Part shown: in pieces, positions 52,230-64,000 of the stretch
Numbering within the stretch: the first letter of the stretch is position 1
Layout of the letters: every line of letters starts with the position of its first letter
Source: Octopus vulgaris
Taxonomy: Eukaryota
NCBI GenBank assembly: GCA_951406725.2
Contig: OX597816.1
Location: 9,424,001-9,488,000, forward strand
Reading direction: 5' to 3'
Length of the DNA stretch: 64,000 nucleotides
Notes under the pieces: model-generated
What the model was told of the DNA's origin: nothing
What the model saw: only the letters and a program-made list of their open reading frames with translations
Databases searched by the model: none
Translations under genes and position numbers: made by a program

Positions 52230-52626
52230 TATTTACTAAAATTTGCAAGGAACAGAATTCTAAAATAATTTAAAGTTCTTAGTCTCATCTTTCCTGTTTC
52301 TCACACCTTGACTATATTTTGAATAGTGTATTGTCCAACTATCTTCCAGTGTTTGCAATGTGCTTTCTCCAGCAGATACACATATATGAGCATATTCTTG
52401 GTCAATCTTTGAGTTGAGGGTGTATATTTCAGTGTTCATAAGTATAATTAAATCCAGTTTAACCTTAAGCATGCTGGCCAATGTATTATACGACTAACTT
52501 GTTCTTATTCATGTGTTAGTTTTAGTCCCACTGTACAAAATCTTGGGCAATTGTCACCTGCTACAGTTGCAAACTACTGAAAGCCTTGAGACTGGATTTG
52601 GTACATGGAAACTGAAAGAAGCCTGT

Positions 52627-52665
<39 letters not shown>

Positions 52666-52782
52666 GTATATTGATTGATTGATTGATTCTAGTTTCAGCT
52701 CATGAGCTGTGGCCATGCTGGGGCACCGCCATTTGGTGTTGCTACATGGTTTTACTTCACGAAAGCTTTTTAGCAACTGCCA

Positions 52783-53152
52783 TTCTAAAGGTTCTGAGAA
52801 TCCATCCGGCCAGTCGTCTACATTTCATTGCCAATTTAGCAACATGTACACGAAAGGTTGCGTCATCACTCATGTAAATACCCAGGTCATGCACTGACTG
52901 TGCCTCTGGGATTGCAATTCCTCCGGGTCCAGTGTATTCATTGGGTATTGCATTTAGTTTTGCATGCTGATAGTATAAAGCTTGAAACTTTTCAGCATTG
53001 AACTGCATGCTATTCTTTTCAGCCCACTTGTATATTTTGTCCAGCTCACATTGCAGGCGTTTAGTGTCCTCAGGGTTCTGTATTGCCTGTGAAACTTTTG
53101 TATCATCTGCATAACTTGTGATCGTGGCTCTCTGCATGGCTGAGGGCATGTC
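52783..53152 (-). mobile_element. CR1/Jockey-group LINE reverse transcriptase fragment (open frame)
   Basis: SYADDTK..LQCELDKIYKWAEKNSMQFNAEKF..DLGIYMSDDATF..AGWILRTFR, including the YADD catalytic motif. Confidence 0.9.
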
Positions 53153-54354
53153 ACACACATATATATATATATATGTATATATCATCATCATAGTTGTTTA
53201 ATGTCTGTTGTCCATGCTGGCATGGGTTGGACGGTTTGACCAGGGCTGGCAAACTGGAGGGCTGCTTTTACATGCCATCAGCAGGGGTGCCAATTTCCGT
53301 GACACTGGTATCTACCATGACTGTGATTTTGTTTGGCTTGATGGGTCTTCTTCTCAAGCATGACATAATGCCAAAGGTCTTGTTCATTTCCTCCATGAGG
53401 TCCAATGCTCAAACGTAGCTCAGCCACTTTGCCTCCATAGGAAGAGAGAAAGAGACAAACAGACAGACATGCATGTTTGTGTGCATGCATGCATGCACAT
53501 GTATCTGTTTTCAGCTGCATTTGTTTATATGTATGGCTGTTGTGCAGAATAATTGATCCCTTATTTGAAAAACAGGGTTAGTATCAAGAAAGGCATCCAA
53601 GTGGAAAGCAATGCCTCAAATGATATATTTGTCTAACCAATGCAAGCAAGAAATGTATGTAAAATGAACATAAAACAAATGAACGAAAGATTTCTTCTTC
53701 AATCAGTTCACAAGAAAACTAATCTATTTGATTATCTATTATGAAATCTGTTTAGTGCTTGCATTCTGTGGCTAGTTCCATTACGTTTCTGAAATGATTT
53801 ACTATTTTAGTTGCAAACATACCATTACACTGCTTAGCATCTGTAATCTTGTAAGGACTGACAATTCCAGTTTCAGTAAGTAGTATAGATATCTTCTAAT
53901 CCAAAGAATATCGGAAGAAAACATTGAAAGAATAATATTCTGCCAGTTTTAACAGATTTCCTGATGTTCTTTTAATTTAATGTACACAAGTGTAAAATGT
54001 GTGATGTTGAACAGAAGTGACACCTGAGAATATAAAAATGGGATTTGAAGTGATTGGAGAAAGATGATATAAACAGGATTTGAAGGATGTGCAAAAGAAA
54101 GATAAAACACAAACATACTCAGAAGTCAAGTAACAGCTGGTGTTGCTCTCCATATCAACCTTGATCTAGCAGGCCTATGATAAAGAAAAAGCATTCTAAC
54201 CATGACCATCCTGTCTTTTTCTAGGAATATATAGAACTACATTAAGCAATGGTCCATACCCTTTGGTATAGAGTGATTTGAGGGATATTTGGCTGATATT
54301 TTAAACAGGTTTACCAACTATATGGAATTCCTTCATGAGGTATCTGTGGTATCA

Positions 54355-54573
54355 TATTGGTTTCAAATTGTGGCACAAGGCCAGTAATTTCAGTGGTGTT
54401 GTAAGTCCATTACATTGACCCCCAGAGTTTAACTGGTACCTATTGTATCGACCGCTGAAAGGATGAAAGGCAAAGTCAACCTTAAAAGAATTTGAACTTA
54501 GAATGTAAAGATGGATGAAATGCTGCTGAGCATTCTGTTCAGTGGGCAAATAGTTCTGCCAGCTTGCAACCTT
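54355..54573 (-). mobile_element. SINE family B, diverged
   Basis: aaaggatgaaaggcaaagtcaacc..gaatttgaact core. Confidence 0.75.
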
Positions 54574-54661
54574 AAATCTGTGATATCACATTGATAGGAG
54601 AAAATCAAGCAGTGACAGGTTTGGGAAGGAACCAGAGCCAGGCAATGGAGGTAAATTAAGT

Positions 54662-54918
54662 GTCGTCATCGTTTAACGTCCGCTTTCCATGCTAGCATGG
54701 GTTGGACAGTTTGACTGAGGACTGGTGAACCAGATAGCTGCATCAGACTCCAATCTGATCTGGCAGAGTTTCTACAGCTGGATGCCCTTCCTAATGCCAA
54801 CCACTCTTTTACATGCCACTGGCACGAGGGTTAGTCAGGTGGTACTGGCAACGGCTACGCTCAAATGGTACTTTTTATGTGTTACTTGCACAGTAGCCAG
54901 TCCAGCGGCATTGGCAAT
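54662..54918 (-). mobile_element. RTE 3' UTR fragment
   Basis: Reverse complement of the 57440-57676 region. Confidence 0.8.
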
Positions 54919-56262
54919 GAGTAGGAGTCATAGTAGAACTGGGAGCTCTGACTAAGGAGCTGACACAAGATGGGTACAAAGCTGTTGTACTGTAAACCCA
55001 CCCAGCATATTCTAGTAAAATATAAAAGAAGAATATGAATGTGATAATGATGATGACGACAATGATGGTGATGATGATGGAGTTGTGTTGCGATGTGGTG
55101 ATGGCGTTAGCAGTAACATATGTAAAATTAGTAAAGTAACTGCCAAGAAACCAAAAGAAAGAAATATTAACTTAATAAAAACCAAGTGAGTTTTTTTTTC
55201 TTTAGTTAATGTCTTGCAGGAAGTAATGCTTCAAGCAAAATACAGAAATATGAGTTAAAGATTTTCAAACCAATTTTTTTTTACACATTTTTTTTTATCA
55301 CTATGTTCTTAATATTTTCATTGATTTCTCAGAAGAATTGCAACAGAAAAATATAAGTGAAAAGTTAAATAATTTGTTGGAAGTTTATTGCAATAGTTTT
55401 GACTTCATAAATTACAGTTGTCTGGTGTAAATTAAGACTGAAATGAAGTATTAGGAGACGTAAAACCTATTTTTTCCAATATACACAAGATAATGCTCTC
55501 TATCATATGCGTTTACTGAATTAAAAACTAAATTAATTATACCAATATTTCTAGTAATTTATTTTAAAGAAACAAAAGTAAACTTGACAAAAAATAATAA
55601 ATTAATCCAAAAATAAAACAAAGAAAAGATTACTGCTCTTGTGTTCTTGCTGAACTCTGCCTCGTCAAAATGATTTATCACTGTAAATCTAATCAGATTA
55701 AACAGATATTTGGTGAAAGAATGGAGTTTTTTCAGTTTAGCTTCTCAAAACATAGTTTCTATTTTTCTATTAATTAAATATTAACATTGTGCTTGCAGAA
55801 ACATTTAAGATATAAAAATGAACTAATATATTCAATACACTATTCTATAAACATCGGAAATAGTGTGTAATTGAAAGTAGGTTTCTGGGGTAGTGTATTA
55901 TGTAATTTGATGAGAAGAAAAGGATATACATAGCATATGGGGATGAAAATTCTGAGAACACTAATTAATTCACAAATAGCCCTTTCTACAAGAAAATATA
56001 GTTCATTTAGAGTTCACAATATCTTGAACTACAAAAGTAACACAGACATGGCTGTGTGGCTAAAAAGTTTGCTTCAGAACCATGTGGATTTTGGATCCTG
56101 TCTCAGTGCACAGCACCTTGGGCAAATGACTTGTACTGTAGTTCTAGGCTGACCTATGCCATATGAACAAATTTGTTAGATCTTAAGACAAGGACACACA
56201 ACAAACCTACTCATGTACATATCTACATACATATACATACCTACATATATACATATATCTAC

Positions 56263-56313
<51 letters not shown>

Positions 56314-56316
<3 letters not shown>

Positions 56317-56525
56317 CCATGTTGAATCGCTAGCTTCTGCACGCATTTTTTTCTCTCCTTGTTTCTCTCCGTGTTTCTTTTCTGTGTATCTTTCTGTTGA
56401 AGAGCGTAGGCTCGAAACGTAAAAGACTTGTTTTATTTATATTCCTGAGCGCCATACTAATACAATTGTTTGTTTGTACTCCACCTGCCTTCGTCTTTTG
56501 TTTATTTTCATAAAGCTTCCCGTTA
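56314..56525 (+). mobile_element. Penelope pseudo-LTR-like fragment in (TA)n carrying a hammerhead-like motif (56389-56426)
   Basis: Homologous to 45280-45455, which is physically linked to a GIY-YIG C-terminus. Confidence 0.65.
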
Positions 56526-56839
56526 TATATATATATATATATATTAACACAGATATATATGAAGGGCTTCTTATGGTTTCCATTTTTTTAATTCACTCAT
56601 AAAGTTATGGTCAGCCTAAGAAAAGACACATACCTAAGGTAGCATGCAACAGGGGTGAACTTCAAACCACATGATGGGTGCGCAAACTCCTTAACTACAC
56701 AGCTATGCCTGCACCTACATATATGTGTGTGTATGTGTTAGTGTGTGTGTACACGTATGTGTGTGTATTTATGTGTGCATATGTATCTATATATAGACAG
56801 ATACATGGACAAACAAACAGGCAGACAGACAGATAGACA

Positions 56840-57676
56840 GCGTGTTAGTACCTTGAGAGAAAAGTTGGACCTAATAAGCATCAGATGTGGTGTGCAAAAG
56901 GGACGACTGCGCTGATATGGTCATGTGGCAAGAATGGATGAAGACAGCTGTGTGAAAATATGCCACAACCTAGTGGTTGAGGGAACCTGTGGAAGAGGTA
57001 GACCCAGGAAGACCTGGGATGAAGTGGTGAAGCATGACCTTTGAACATTAGGCTTCACTGAGGCAATGGCTAATGACTGAGACATTTGGAAAAATGCTGT
57101 GCTTGAGAAGACCTGGCAAACCAAGTGGTGGCCTATGCCAGGGGTGTAACCAGCCCACTTATGCGTACCTTTCCTTCATTGGGTACTAAACTCTGCTTGT
57201 GAAGACCTGTTGAGGCAAGTGAAATTGAAATCCAATTCGATGATTGGCATCCATGCTAGTGGAGCGCTAAGAGCACCATCCAAGCGTGATCATTGCCAGA
57301 GCAGCTGACTAGCTTCCATGGTGGTGGCATGTAAAAAGCACCATTCGAGCGTGACTGTTACCAGTGTCGCCTTACTGGCACGTGAAAAATATTCGAGCGA
57401 GGTCATTGCCAGTGCTGTTGGACTGGCTCCTATGCAGGTGGCATGTAAAAAACACCATTTGAGCGTGGCCATTGCCAGTACTACCTAACTGGCTGGTGGC
57501 ACATAAAAACACCCACTACACTCTCAGAGTGGTTGGCTTTAGGAAGGGCATCCAGCTGTAGAAACTCTACTAGGTCAGATTGGAGCCTGGTGCAGCCATC
57601 TGGTTTGCCAGCCATCAGTCAAATCGTCCAACCCATGCCAGCATGGAAAGCGGACGTTAAACGATGATGATGATGA
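56840..57676 (+). mobile_element. RTE LINE 3' end: ORF C-terminus, 3' UTR with tandem hairpin units, (GAT)n tail
   Basis: GHVARMDEDSCVKICHNLVVEGTCGRGRPRKTWDEVVKHDL; UTR units ..gccagt..actggc..ggcatgtaaaaagcacc; tail ggacgttaaacgatgatgat. Confidence 0.9.
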
Positions 57677-58567
57677 TATGTATATATATATATACACACA
57701 CACACACACATACATATATAAACATATATATATATACTTACACATAGACACATACAGTGATATGTATATTCACACACACACACATATATGCACATATATA
57801 TGTGTGGATGTATATATGTATATCCTTGTGTATGTGTCTATCTGTGTTTATATATGTAAGTATGTGTGTATACATATGTGTGTGTGTGTATGTATATATT
57901 ATATATATATTTACTCTCAAAAGAATATCATGCACTCATGTGAAAATAAAAAAAATGCAAGTACAAAAGAAAATACAGTAGATTTTGGCCAATTAGTCAT
58001 TGAAGTAGGTGTATGTATGACTGAACATGTGCAGCTTCTAGCATCTGAAAGAAAAATATTTCTAATACAAATATATCTATGCATCAAGAAGCAATCTGCT
58101 GCTATATGTAAGCTTAAGGAGTGTGGGTGTGGGCAGACAAAAAAATAGTAAGTATAATAAAATATACTGAGTCATATATAAAAATACAGGCACACTATTC
58201 AAAATAGATTGTCTTCAATAAATTATAGTTGGGTTAAGTCACTATGAAGATCTACAATATCAATCAGACAGCTTTCAAACTAGGCAAACATTTTTTTTTT
58301 TAGTAGAGAGTAGATATAAACTTTGTAGCTCACAATCTGCTGTGGCTTACTTCATTAGATTCTAGGCTTTATCTGAACTTTATGCAAAGCTAACCATCAG
58401 AAAATAAATGGCATTCAGTGCACAAGAGAGCATATTTAAAAGATGGCAATTTTCAATGAATGGTTGTGAGATGATACAGAAAGCAGCTGTAATTTTTGAA
58501 TTTGTATGTTGTTGCCAATGTAATAAGATTGCGTTGAATTAATCACTCATCTTCATTAGAAAATATG

Positions 58568-58968
58568 TAGGCGCAGGAGTGGCTGTGTGGTAAGTAGCTT
58601 GCTAACCAACCACATGGTTCCGGGTTCAGTCCCACTGCGTGGCATCTTGGGCAAGTGTCTTCTGCAATAGCCCCGGGCCGACCAATGCCTTGTGAGTGGA
58701 TTTGGTAGACGGAAACTGAAAGAAGCCTGTCGTATATATGTATATATATATATGTATGTGTGTGTGTTTGTGTTTGTCTCCCTAGCATTGCTTGACAACC
58801 GATGCTGGTGTGTTTACGTCCCCGTCACTTAGCGGTTCGGCAAAAGAGACCGATAGAATAAGTACTGGGCTTACAAAGAATAAGTCCCGGGGTTGATTTG
58901 CTCGACTAAAGGCGGTGCTCCAGCATACCCACAGTCAAATGACTGAAACAAGTAAAAGAGTAAAAGAG
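58568..58968 (+). mobile_element. SINE family A, young full-length copy
   Basis: Intact A box (tggctgtgtggt), B box (ggttcagtccc), retained CpGs and (gtaaaaga)n tail. Confidence 0.92.
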
Positions 58969-59077
58969 AGTAGAGAGAGATAGCATAGGTGAATTTAATA
59001 CTACAGATTTTTTTTCTAGCTTTGAAGAGGAGAATCATAATCTAGATAAGTTTAGTATAATATTAGTATCTAGTTTA

Positions 59078-59264
59078 AAGTGGCAAACTGGCAGAATTCT
59101 TAGCATGCCAGACAAAATGTTTAGTGGCATTTCACCTGTCTTTATGTTCTGACTTTGAATTCCACCCAGGTAGACTTTGCCTTTCATCCTTTTGGAGTTG
59201 ATAAAATAAGTACCAGTTGAGCCCCTCAAATTTCAGGCTTTGTGCCTCTCATAGAAAGGATTAT
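59078..59264 (+). mobile_element. SINE family B, diverged
   Basis: gactttgcctttcatccttttggagttgataaaataagtaccag core. Confidence 0.75.
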
Positions 59265-60559
59265 TAATATTTAGTAGAGAAAATATGAAGATAATGTATG
59301 TCAAGTTCATAATATAGACTTCTTTCAGTCTTTGAAGTGGTAAGGGTAATAATTAAAATGAATTTAGTATATTACTAGTATCTGGTTTAATTGTTCCAGG
59401 GGGATAAAAAACAAATTAAAATGAAGGTGAACAAGAAATCTGTGCAATAATGTACAAAACTACTTTTAAAAAAATATCTAAATGTTCTAGTTTTATTATG
59501 TCTATTGCTTCTGAGATTCTGATTATATGAATAATTGTGATTCTAATGATGATGAGATAATGGTAATTAAACAGTAGTGAACTCCATAGAGTAAACACTG
59601 AATCAGTAACATAGATTTGATTTCAATTTGAGATTAATTCATCTTAACTAGTTTATGAATTCCCCTGAGAAAAGTATAAATGTAACTCCTAAGTATAAGT
59701 CAAAAGTAATCAGTAATGATTATTCAATATAAATAATGTAGAAAATAAAAAAATTTCATTTATATTCATTATAGCAGTTAAAAAGTTAAAGTAGATTAGA
59801 TGACTTTTACTAAATTCTAGGAGAAAAAAAAAAAGCTCTATTTAAATTACAAACAAAACTAAATGGAGTGACAGATAATAATTCTCACATATGTTTTAAA
59901 AGTGATGTGTAAATTTAAAGTTTTATCTTTATTGATTTGACATATAATAAAATAGAACTGTGAGCATAAAAAAGAAAGCCCATCACAGAACAATTTATAG
60001 AAGACTATACGCATTTCTTATTAAATTTACCAACTACCTGGTCTTCTTTTTTAATCTTCTGAGAATTCTTTCTATGTTTTTACCCTTCTAGTAATATATA
60101 AAAATAATGGCCTCAATTGAAAACAAAAACCTTTGATTGCTTTTTGCAATCACATTTTTTTTCTTCCAATCAATACAGAATAAATACTTGTTTATGTTAC
60201 TTGCAAATAAACCAGTCTACTGGACCAGTTGATACATAAACTGAATATAAAGGCTTCAGGCTATAAATATATTTATTGGGTTTGAGTAATAGGAATGAGT
60301 GAAACAAGGTTTAAATGTTAGGATAAAATACAAAGTTTAAGGAATAGGAAATGACTGGGTGTGATAGTTTTGTATTTTTCAGTTAATGATGTAAGTAAAG
60401 TGAAATGAATCAATCAGGAATTGAAATTGTTTCATAGATTCACTTGTCAGTAGAATAGCCAATAATAATTTCTTGTCACCACAAAATATCTGATTTATAG
60501 AGAAGAGAAAATTGCACAGGTTCTGTCAGATGCTGATACAGAGATGAACTGGTTACAAC

Positions 60560-60794
60560 AAAAGGCAGCGAGCTGGCAGAAACGTTAGCACGCCGGGCGA
60601 AATGCGTATTTCGTCTGTTGTTACATTGTGAGTTCAAATTCCGCCGAGGTCGACTTTGCCTTTCATCCTTTCGGGGTCGATAAATTAAGTACCAGTTACG
60701 CACTGGGGTCGATATAATCGACTTAATACCTATGTCTGTCCTTCTTTGTCCCCTCTATATTTAGCCCCTTGTGGGTAATAAAGAAATAGAAATA
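60560..60794 (+). mobile_element. SINE family B, full length, with 9-bp TSD
   Basis: TSD ggttacaac at 60551-60559 and 60795-60803. Confidence 0.9.
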
Positions 60795-61871
60795 GGTTAC
60801 AACTGAGAATTGAAACTTGAACAAGAGAATCAGCTTATGAGGAATTTACACCTACAACATGGTATAGTGAAAGTGCGTGGCCTAGTGGTTAGGGTGTTGC
60901 CCTCATGATTGCTAGATCATGGGTTTGATTCCTGGACTGGGTGATGTATTATGTTATTGAGCAAAACACTTTATTTCATGTTGCTCCAGTCCACTCAGCT
61001 GTAAATAGGTCACCTACAACGAACTAGTCTTCTGATCCTCACCTAACAGGCATAATTTGAAAGCTAAAAATGATGCAAGTTCATTATGATTGGAAATGTA
61101 TAGCAACAGCCAGTAGTCTGGTTGATCATGTGATCATATGGAATACAAGTAATACTACAATAAGAATAATAACAATAACGAGGAGAAAGAGGGGGGAAGG
61201 AGGACAGTGTTATTCTTTTCTACATCAGAACTGACAGCAAATGGAAATCAGAAACAAGAAAACACTGACCAAAACCAGCATTTCAGACAACACAAAACTT
61301 TTCAATAGCTCATTGGAAATCAATTATTTAAAATATTCAAAACATTTTAGTTTCTGTCCTACATGGGAACACTTTTATATACATTCCATATTATACAAGA
61401 ACAAAATATGCTTCTGAAGTTTTTCTTATTTCAAAAGAACTTATTTTTCAGTGAATCATTCTTGGATCTCTGTCCATATTACACTGTCAGAAACTTTCTA
61501 AACAAACATTATACAACATCATGCAACCTATTGTTCCCGTACAGAAATTTGATCTTTTCATCAACAATTATTGTTTGAATTAATATACACACTTGGAACA
61601 GATTAAAATACAGTGTGTATTAATGTGGAACAGTACTAGCTGTATGAACTCAGAGAAACCTTACAAAGAGCTCATAAATTTGATGCTGTTTTTCAGTCTA
61701 TTCTTTGTCTAAATTACATCATTTAGGTGCCCTCTACCCACCAATTTTCTACAAAATTAAGAAATAACTTATCCTACACTAGAATTCAATAAGTGGTAAA
61801 TGTACAAATAACAAGGATACAAAACTACATAAATAATTAATGTGTTATTAGCAGAATCTAATTTTCCAATG

Positions 61872-62077
61872 TGGTGAGCTAGCAGAATCATTAATATATT
61901 GAACAAAATACTTAGCAGCATTTCTTCCAACTGTTTACATTCTGAGTTCAGATTCCACCAAAATAGACTTTGCCTTTCATTCAGGGTTGATAAAATAAAT
62001 ACCTGTTAAGTACTGGGGTTAAAGCAATTGACTACTCACCTCCTTAAAATTTCAGGCCTTGAACCAATATTAGAAAG
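61872..62077 (+). mobile_element. SINE family B, diverged
   Basis: ggtgagctagcagaatcatta..gagttcagattcc..gactttgcctttcat. Confidence 0.75.
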
Positions 62078-62337
62078 AAGTATTTTTCCTATCTTACATA
62101 TTAATTTCACTGTTATTTACCCTTGTCCATATCTAAATTAGGAAATGACGATAAAATTCAAACTTTATATGTATATAGGCAACTTTTAAACAGCTTTCAG
62201 ATTCTCCCTTTAACCTAGCAACACATCTTGATGGAAGGAAGGTTTTGTTGTTAAGAGTGGAGGATCCTGAGAAGCAACTTAGAAACATCACAGCATTTGT
62301 AGCTAAACAAAGAATTTTATATCCTTTTTTCATCATT

Positions 62338-62680
62338 ACCTTTCACTTGTTTCAGTCCTTAGAATGACTTGAATGAATTAATCCTAATACTTATTTTTAT
62401 TATTTTAAAGCCTGGCACTTATTCTATTGGTCATTTTTGCAGAACCACTAAGTTATGAGGGTGTAAACACATCGACACAGGTCATCAAGCAGTGGTGGCA
62501 AACACAGACACAAAGACACATACTCACACACATACACATATGACTGACTTCTTTGTGTCTTTGTCTACTAAATCCATTCACAAGTTGAGAACATCTGCCT
62601 AAGGTGCCAAACAATGGGACTGAACCTGGAACCATGTATTTAGGAAACAGGTTTCTTACCATACAGTTAAGCTTGTGCCT
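62338..62680 (-). mobile_element. SINE family A, diverged
   Basis: Tail cttgtttcagtc and head gggactgaacctggaaccatg. Confidence 0.8.
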
Positions 62681-64000
62681 ATATTTTATATTTACTTTCC
62701 ATTTGTCTGTGTATGACAGTACACTTGAACTAGAAGCCTTCTAGATTTCACTAAAAGATGTAACAGACCAAGCAGGTGATAACAGGAGGGAAATAGGATG
62801 AACAAAAGAATAAAGAAGATAACAATAGGAAGGCAGAAAAAAAAGAAAGAGTGCAAAAGAAGAAGAAAATGAGAAATAATCATAATGATGATAGTAGAAA
62901 TATACATAAGTTGTTGCAGAAAAAAAGACAAGATTTTAGTGAAAGAAAAAAAATATTTGCTGAAAACTTGAAAATGTCTTTTTAAAGACTCAGTATAAAA
63001 TATTTCTTTGCAATAGATATAATGATTGAGATTTCAGATAAGGACAACAATCAGAACAAACAGTCACCAGCAGTAAAAGAACAAATAGAAAAATTCAATA
63101 AAAACTTCTAGAAACTAAATATTTAATCAGTTTATCAGATAAGAAAAAAGAAAAAAATAACCCCCCACAAAGCAAAAAATACCCTACCAAAAAAAAAACA
63201 GTTGAATTTTAAGAAACTATCTCTGGGAATATATAAAAAAAGAGAGAGAAAAATATTAGTATGTTGCACTGATGCAAAGACAATACAGGAAATAATTTCT
63301 TGAAAACTAAGAAATGATCAAAGATGGTAGAACAATATCAGTTGAACAAGTTCTAATGAATCTTTTATTAAACATTTACAATAAAACTTATTGTGCTTTA
63401 CCAAAGAATAATTTTCAGTAAGAATGTACTTTTATCTTGCAATACAGCTGACAATATGATGTTGAAATTATTTTTGAACATCAGGTCAAGTTATTAAATT
63501 CAGATAAATAATAATTATTTTCAATTTTTACTGAATCCAACAAAAATGAAATCATTTGATCAATGATAAAATATATTTGTGTGGAAAACTATGTCATTGA
63601 ACATTTGTATGTACCACACTGTATTGTTCAGTATATGAAGAAAAGTTTCCTTGTTTGTTTGCATCAGTCAGCTTTCTTCAAGTAGACAGATAAAGAGTTT
63701 ATGAGTAGCCCTTGTACTTTGCACCAGCTATAGTCTAGTCTTGAACTGTAATAGTGTGGTAGATAGAGTATGTTTCTATGTGACAAACAGGAGAACACTG
63801 TATTGATTTTAATGCCTGATTTGTTCAAGTCTACAATGAAAATAATCTTAGAACATGGTTGTTTTGAATATTTGGCAATAAGTGAAGAATGTGTAGCAAC
63901 TCAGTACAAAATTTAAGGCGTAGTGTAGTAGTTTAGGCTAATAGTAGAAATGTCTTGTTTTATGATGACAAAATTTAAGGTTGAATGTTAAAGTAAAACA

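Noticed and set aside
57240-57520. Repeat-spacer look resembling a CRISPR array
   Set aside because: Eukaryotic context, degenerate units, located in an RTE 3' UTR, no cas genes.

Overview
AT-rich, microsatellite-dense eukaryotic DNA. From memory of the SINE, LINE and Helitron families present, it is most likely an octopus (coleoid cephalopod) genome; this was not verified by any search. The only host coding sequence I can support is one 108-nt, phase 0-0 exon on the minus strand (17041-17148), missed by the ORF track. It encodes KYQTRLKTEEKKHSTIVAETAKKVSQLLEKKVKAVK, which resembles exon 3 of voltage-gated calcium channel alpha2delta (CACNA2D/straightjacket-like) genes. If so, the window lies inside two very large introns (at least 17 kb and 47 kb). 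The rest is transposon debris: at least four tRNA-derived SINE families, RTE, CR1-group and R4/Dong-like LINE fragments, Penelope-like relics (RT, GIY-YIG and hammerhead-like motifs), six non-autonomous Helitrons, a Helentron/HINE, and piggyBac and hAT MITEs. The most notable structural feature is the number of independent fold-back (inverted-repeat) structures of 28-400 bp arm length, which would form dsRNA in this pre-mRNA. Nearly all ORF-track entries are microsatellite or repeat artefacts. I found no convincing wholly new protein-coding system. The best candidates for novelty are RNA-structural: fold-backs, a non-canonical hammerhead-like motif, a pre-miRNA-like hairpin and an in-frame alternative splice donor. 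Repeat boundaries were read by eye and are approximate unless termini are quoted.
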